Assembly: GCF_009914755.1 (NCBI RefSeq)
Contig: NC_060947.1
Reading direction: 5' to 3' (one strand)
DNA from: the human T2T-CHM13v2.0 reference genome, Homo sapiens
DNA: 64,000 bases
Part shown: positions 59,250 through 64,000 of the stretch, piece by piece
Layout of the letters: the number at the start of each line of letters is the position of its first letter
Position numbering within the stretch: the first letter of the stretch is position 1
Notes under the pieces: model-generated
Seen by the model: only the letters and a program-made list of their open reading frames with translations
What the model was told of the DNA's origin: nothing
The model's database searches: none
Position numbers and translations under genes: made by a program

Positions 59250-60760
59250 GTTTTCCTGGAGGTGCTGACACCAGACTTGGTGGAGGAGAAAGATGGTATC
59301 AATTATTTTTGGGTGGCTGCCTAGACAAGGGAGTTCAGCCTTTGGGAGATAAAGTAGAATATGAAGGCGATTATACATGGACCGATTGTTATTATTATGA
59401 GGAAGAAAATCAGGGGCCCTAAGAAAGGGGGATTCACTTTAGGAGGAATGACTCCTGCCACTAAGAGTCAGTGTCATGATGTTGGATTTCTGCAGCCGTC
59501 ATGGAGTCTGTGGGCTGTGCAGTTAACAATGCCAGATTCATTAACCTAAAAACAGATTCTTCTTGGAGATATACTTATGTACCCCCCCCTTCTCAGCAGA
59601 TAGCAGGTTTAAGGCCCTTTGGTTTTGGAAGATGACTCCCACAAGGAAATTTATCTGCCTTTGGAGTCTCGTAATGGAATTATACATGTCCTTTAGGGTA
59701 TTATAGAGGACTGTAGATATTTTTTATATAGGGCAGTTGAGGTTGATATATTTGCTATTCTGGTAGCAAGTGCAGAGGAGATGTGTATTCCTGTTTCCAG
59801 AGGAATGAGATGTAGAACCCACATAGTGCATGTGGAGGAAGATGAGACAGAAGTTACTAAAGGAACCTGGATGGGCTGGTTGTTTGGCAAAATGTTAATG
59901 TTTGGAGATTGACAAACCAGGGTGCACGTTCCTGACCCACCTGCCAGTAAGCAAGATAAGAGTTTGTGTCACCCAGAAAAGACTGGAGGTTGACAGGCAA
60001 AAGTTGTAAGTGAAGGTAGCAAGCCATGAGAAGGTGGCGGTTGAATCCTGGAAAAAATTTTTGTCTCAACCTTTTTGTTTTTTCTAGGTTGAATAGCTGT
60101 TAACAACGGTAGCCACTATGAGAGCCTGATAGGGAATGTTGGTGGAGAAGGAGGTGAAGGCTGTTTGGCTTTGTAGAGAGAGAGATAAAAGAGCTTTTTT
60201 AACTAATAGCCATTGCAGTCCTGTTAGGGCAGAATGATGTAGGCTGCAGTTGAGGGAATTGTTTGTGCATTTCTTTCAGAGTGTCTGTGAGTTGGATACA
60301 TGGAGAGCAGCTGCAGCAGAGAGGGGAGAGATTGGTAAGGGGCGTTTTATGGAATCCGGCTTGTAACATGTTTAATTTAGAGGCCATGAGGCAAAGGAGG
60401 GTGACAGCCCTGTGCGTGATGCTGTGGGTGGATTTGGGGGAATCGTGTTTAGCCAAGCAAGATTACAAACAGGTTTTGGGAATGGATTGGCTGAGTAGGT
60501 GAGATTCAGATTTATTTTTGGATCAGATTTATGCAGTTAGGTTAACCGGAAGGGCTGTGAACTGCTGGATTTGTGTAGACAACAAATTTAACAGTTGGAA
60601 GAAAGAAGGGAGTGTGACTGATTTAAGAGGGGATGTGTGAGGCTGACAAAGGGGGCCCAACTGCCAGAGGTTGGGAGTGGGGACTTACAGTATCCCACAG
60701 ACAAAGAGGACAAAAGGAGAAAAAGGAGATTTGAGTAGGAGTGAAATTTTGGAATGTGTC
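59250..60760 (-). pseudogene. Decayed gamma-type env (SU CWxC motif, fusion peptide, immunosuppressive domain, TM)
   Basis: LLNQSHSLLSSNC*IC; IQVPL..CTMW/VLHLIPL (furin site remnant and fusion peptide); QINFLVGVIFQNQRALNLLSAEKGG matches the LQNRRxLDLL ISD. Confidence 0.85.
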
Positions 60761-60949
60761 CTGCAGCCATAGCTCCCAGATTATTGTGAGAAATTGGACT
60801 GGACTCTCCAGAGACATGGGAAAGGGATACCAGGAAAGATCTGAAACAAGGTATGAGATAATAGATTTGAAATTAGAGGCAGAGAATGTTATGGATCAAG
60901 GCCTTCTGGATTGGCAACTTCTGGAATTTCTGTGAAGTGCAGAGAGGTT

Positions 60950-63900
60950 GGTCCTGTGAGAGAGGGAGAATAATTTGGTGGGGGCGGGGGAGGAAATTTC
61001 TGGATGTGGATCTGGTTCTCTTTTTAGTTTGGAATGATGTATCCAGTGTGGAAGGGATGTTAGCTTTGTTGTTGTGGGATTAGCTAGGATAACCTGGTGA
61101 GGACCCGTCCACTTAGGTTGGAGAGGGGAGGAGGAAGAGTCTGTGATCCAGACCCAGTCCCCTGGTTGTAGGGAGAGGGAGGGGTATTTCGAGGATGGAC
61201 TTTCAGGCTAGGGCAAGTAAACATTTGCATACTGTCTTATTAGATGTTGAGTGAAGTGTAGTGCTGGCCAAGTATCTGGTACAGAAGGGGAAGAAGAGAC
61301 AGGGAGATTCTGGAGGATAAAGGAGTGTTTGTACATGAGTTTAAATGGGCTTAGGATGAGGGGCTTTTGGGGAATGGCTTGCAAGGGCATGAGGGCCAAT
61401 AGGAGAAGTGAAGTCCAGCCATTTTAACCTCTAGAGAATCTGGTTAGTTGTTGTTTCAAAAGGGCATTGGTCCATTTAACTTCTCCTGAAGATTGGGGGC
61501 AATAAGGAATATGGAACGCTATTTAATGTTTAGAGCCTTCGCCAGCTGTTGGTTAACCTGTGAAACAAATTTGGCCTAATGGAAGAGGGGAGTTTAAACT
61601 GGGAGATAATATGGGTGAGAAGAATGGAAGTGACAGTGTGTGCCTTTTTGGTGGTGGTAGGAAAAGTTTCTATCCATCCAGAGAATGTATCTATTATTGT
61701 CAGAAGGTATCAGACTCGTTTTATAGGAGGCATGTGTGTGAAGTTGATTTCCCAGTCCTGCCCTGGCAGGTGTCCTTGAGCTTGGTGTGTGGGGAAGGGA
61801 GGTGATTTGATACCTTCTTGAGGAGAAGTCTGAGTGCAAAGGGAACACGCGTTAGTAATATTTTTGTGATTGGCGGCCATGATGGGAGAATATATATAAG
61901 TTTTTAAAAGCTGGAGTAGGTGGCAGTAAACCACATGGAAATGGTTGTGCGTATATGAAAGTACAGAAGGTTTCTGGGAATTGGGCAAGACAATTTGTCA
62001 TTGAGGTAGAACCATTTTTTCCTGAACAACACCAGCCTGGGCAAATGAGGTTTGTTTCTCCTGGGTATATATAGGGTGTATGCTGGGAAAAATGGGCAAT
62101 AATAATGGGGTTTTAAAGGCTGCCTGCTGGGGTGCTGAATTTGTTAAAAAGTTTCCCTTGGTTATGGCATCTGTAGCCTTTTGGTGTTCCTTACAATAGA
62201 AAATGGCAGCCTGTGGTGGGAGTTTAGCCGCCTCCAGCAACTTGTAAATGAGTTTGTTATTTCCTGTGGGGGTACCTTTTGTGGTTAGAAAACCCCTTTC
62301 CTGCCAGATTAAGACATGAGAGTGTAGGATGTGATATGCATATTTGGAATTGGTGTAAATGTTAAGCCTTCTTCCCTTGCTAGGGTTAGGGCCTTGGTTA
62401 ATGCAACTAGCTCCACCTGTGAGAGGTAGTATGGCGTGGGAGAGCATTGGATTTTATGAGTGAGAGAGCTCAGACTTGGAGATGTTTACAGGGAAGAGGG
62501 TGGCTGGGTTGAGAGCTTTACATCTCTGGAAGGTGATTAGAGGGTTTCCTATGAATAAGGCGTGTACCTGCAGTAAGCGGGATGGTGGGAGGCATAGAAG
62601 GCATTGATGGCTCATGAGTTCCTGTAGGTTATGGGAAGATGCAATAGTAATGCTGTTGGTAGAGAGTGAGTTTCTGTGCCTCTGAGGCAAACAATGTGGC
62701 CACACTCAAGATTTTTAAGCGGGGCGGCCAGCCTTGGATGACATAATTCAGTAGTTTTGAGAGGTATGCAGTGGCTTGTGGGACATTGCTGTATGTTTGG
62801 CAAAGTAGTCCAAGAGCAAGGTCTTAGTTAGAATATACATACAGAGTAAGGGCTTGGTGCGGTTGGGCAGTCCCAGTGCTGGGGCTACAAAAAGGGCATT
62901 TTTAATTTTTTTTACAGTTGTAGTTGATGGGGCAAGCTGAATCAAGGGGTTTTGTAATGGGTCTATGTGAGGCTGTGTAGAGCAGCTTGGCCAGTATGTC
63001 GAAATTGGGAATCCACAGCCAGAAGTATCCCATAAGGCCCAAGAAGGAGAGGAAGTGCTTCTTTGTGTGGGGAAGGGGTATGTCCCAAATTAGCTCCTTT
63101 TGTTGGGTTCGGATGGCCCGAGAATTAGGGGTTAGGGCAAGTCCAAGGTAAGTGACCTGGGTTTGGGCTACCTGAAATTTTGTGGGTGAGACCCGATATC
63201 CTCGACTATGGAGGAAGTTTAAAAGCTGAGTGGTGTATAAGATGGACAGGTGAAGGGAGGGGCTACAGAGAAGGAGGTTATTGATGTATTGGAGGAGGGT
63301 GCTAGAGGCAAGGGGAAATTTAGCTAGGCCCTTGGTGAGGGCCTGCCTGAACAGGTGGGGACTATCCTGAAACCCCTGTGGGGGTACAGTCCATGTTAGT
63401 TGGGTGGACATGTGAGTATAAGGATTTGACCAAGTGAAAGCAAAAAGGCTTTGGGGTGCCAGATTTAAGGGAATAATGAAAAAAGTGTTCTTTGGTTCTA
63501 ATACAGAGAAGTGTGTGATAGATGGAGGAATAAGGGAGAGTAAATATATGGGTTGGGGACAACCAGATGAATTGGCACCACCGCCTGATTAACAACTCAG
63601 AGATCCTGGACCAAGCAGTAGGACTCATCTGTCTTTTTGACAGCCAAGATAGGGGTGTTGTGAGGAGAGTTGACAGGCTTGAGAATTTGAGCTTGTAAAA
63701 GTTTACAGATGATAGGTTTAAGGCCCCAGAGGCTGGCTGGGTTAAGGGAATATTGAGACTGATGAAAAAAATGGAAGGGTTTTGGAGGGTTATTTTGACT
63801 GGGATGTGATGTGTGGCTATTGTGGGTTTAGAAACATTTTACACTTCAGGGTTAACAGAAGCTAACAGGGCAGATAATGAGGATGAGGGGGAGGAGAGGG

Positions 63901-64000
63901 AAGCATCTGCGTGGCAGAGTAAAATAAAAAAGGTAGAATTGCAGGAGGCAAATTGTCTGGAGGCCTGGAACTTACTTAGTAGGTCTCACCCCCAAGATAG
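60950..64000 (-). pseudogene. Decayed class I ERV pol (RT, RNase H, integrase); provirus continues beyond the window
   Basis: QLTWTVPPQGFQDSPHLF and LLQYINNLLL (RT); NIYTNSKYAY (RNase H); PGQDWEINFTHMP and LSPFKLMY (integrase). Confidence 0.9.

Noticed and set aside
59250-60760. Possible co-opted env (syncytin-like)
   Set aside because: Multiple stops and frameshifts, furin site degraded to CTMW and CWxC Trp changed to stop.

Overview
This is primate (very probably human) AT-rich, gene-poor, repeat-dense DNA. I found no intact protein-coding gene; nearly every ORF in the track is a decayed L1, Alu or ERV frame, or a microsatellite. Contents: two near-full-length L1s with 5' inversions (L1PA15/16-like at 3.4-10.1 kb, L1PA7/8-like at 36.1-42.4 kb); three ERV provirus remnants (MER57-type, ERV-L/MLT2, and a class I pol-env provirus running off the right edge); solo LTRs (THE1D, MLT2A, MER41A, MER4, MER31, LTR5B); many Alus; Tigger1 and MER2B DNA transposons; and an old RNF19B processed pseudogene. 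The pseudogene and a nearby compound STR suggest the Xq21.3/Yp11.2 X-transposed region. The top finding is that the RNF19B retrocopy (51913-53475, minus) is circularly permuted: the mRNA 3' end is fused directly to the start of an internal exon, and the copy begins and ends at the same mid-exon site, as expected for a retrocopy of a circular template. Second, the class I provirus shows systematic sense-strand G-to-A changes at conserved motifs, suggesting APOBEC3 editing. Family names come from recalled consensus sequences, not from a database search.
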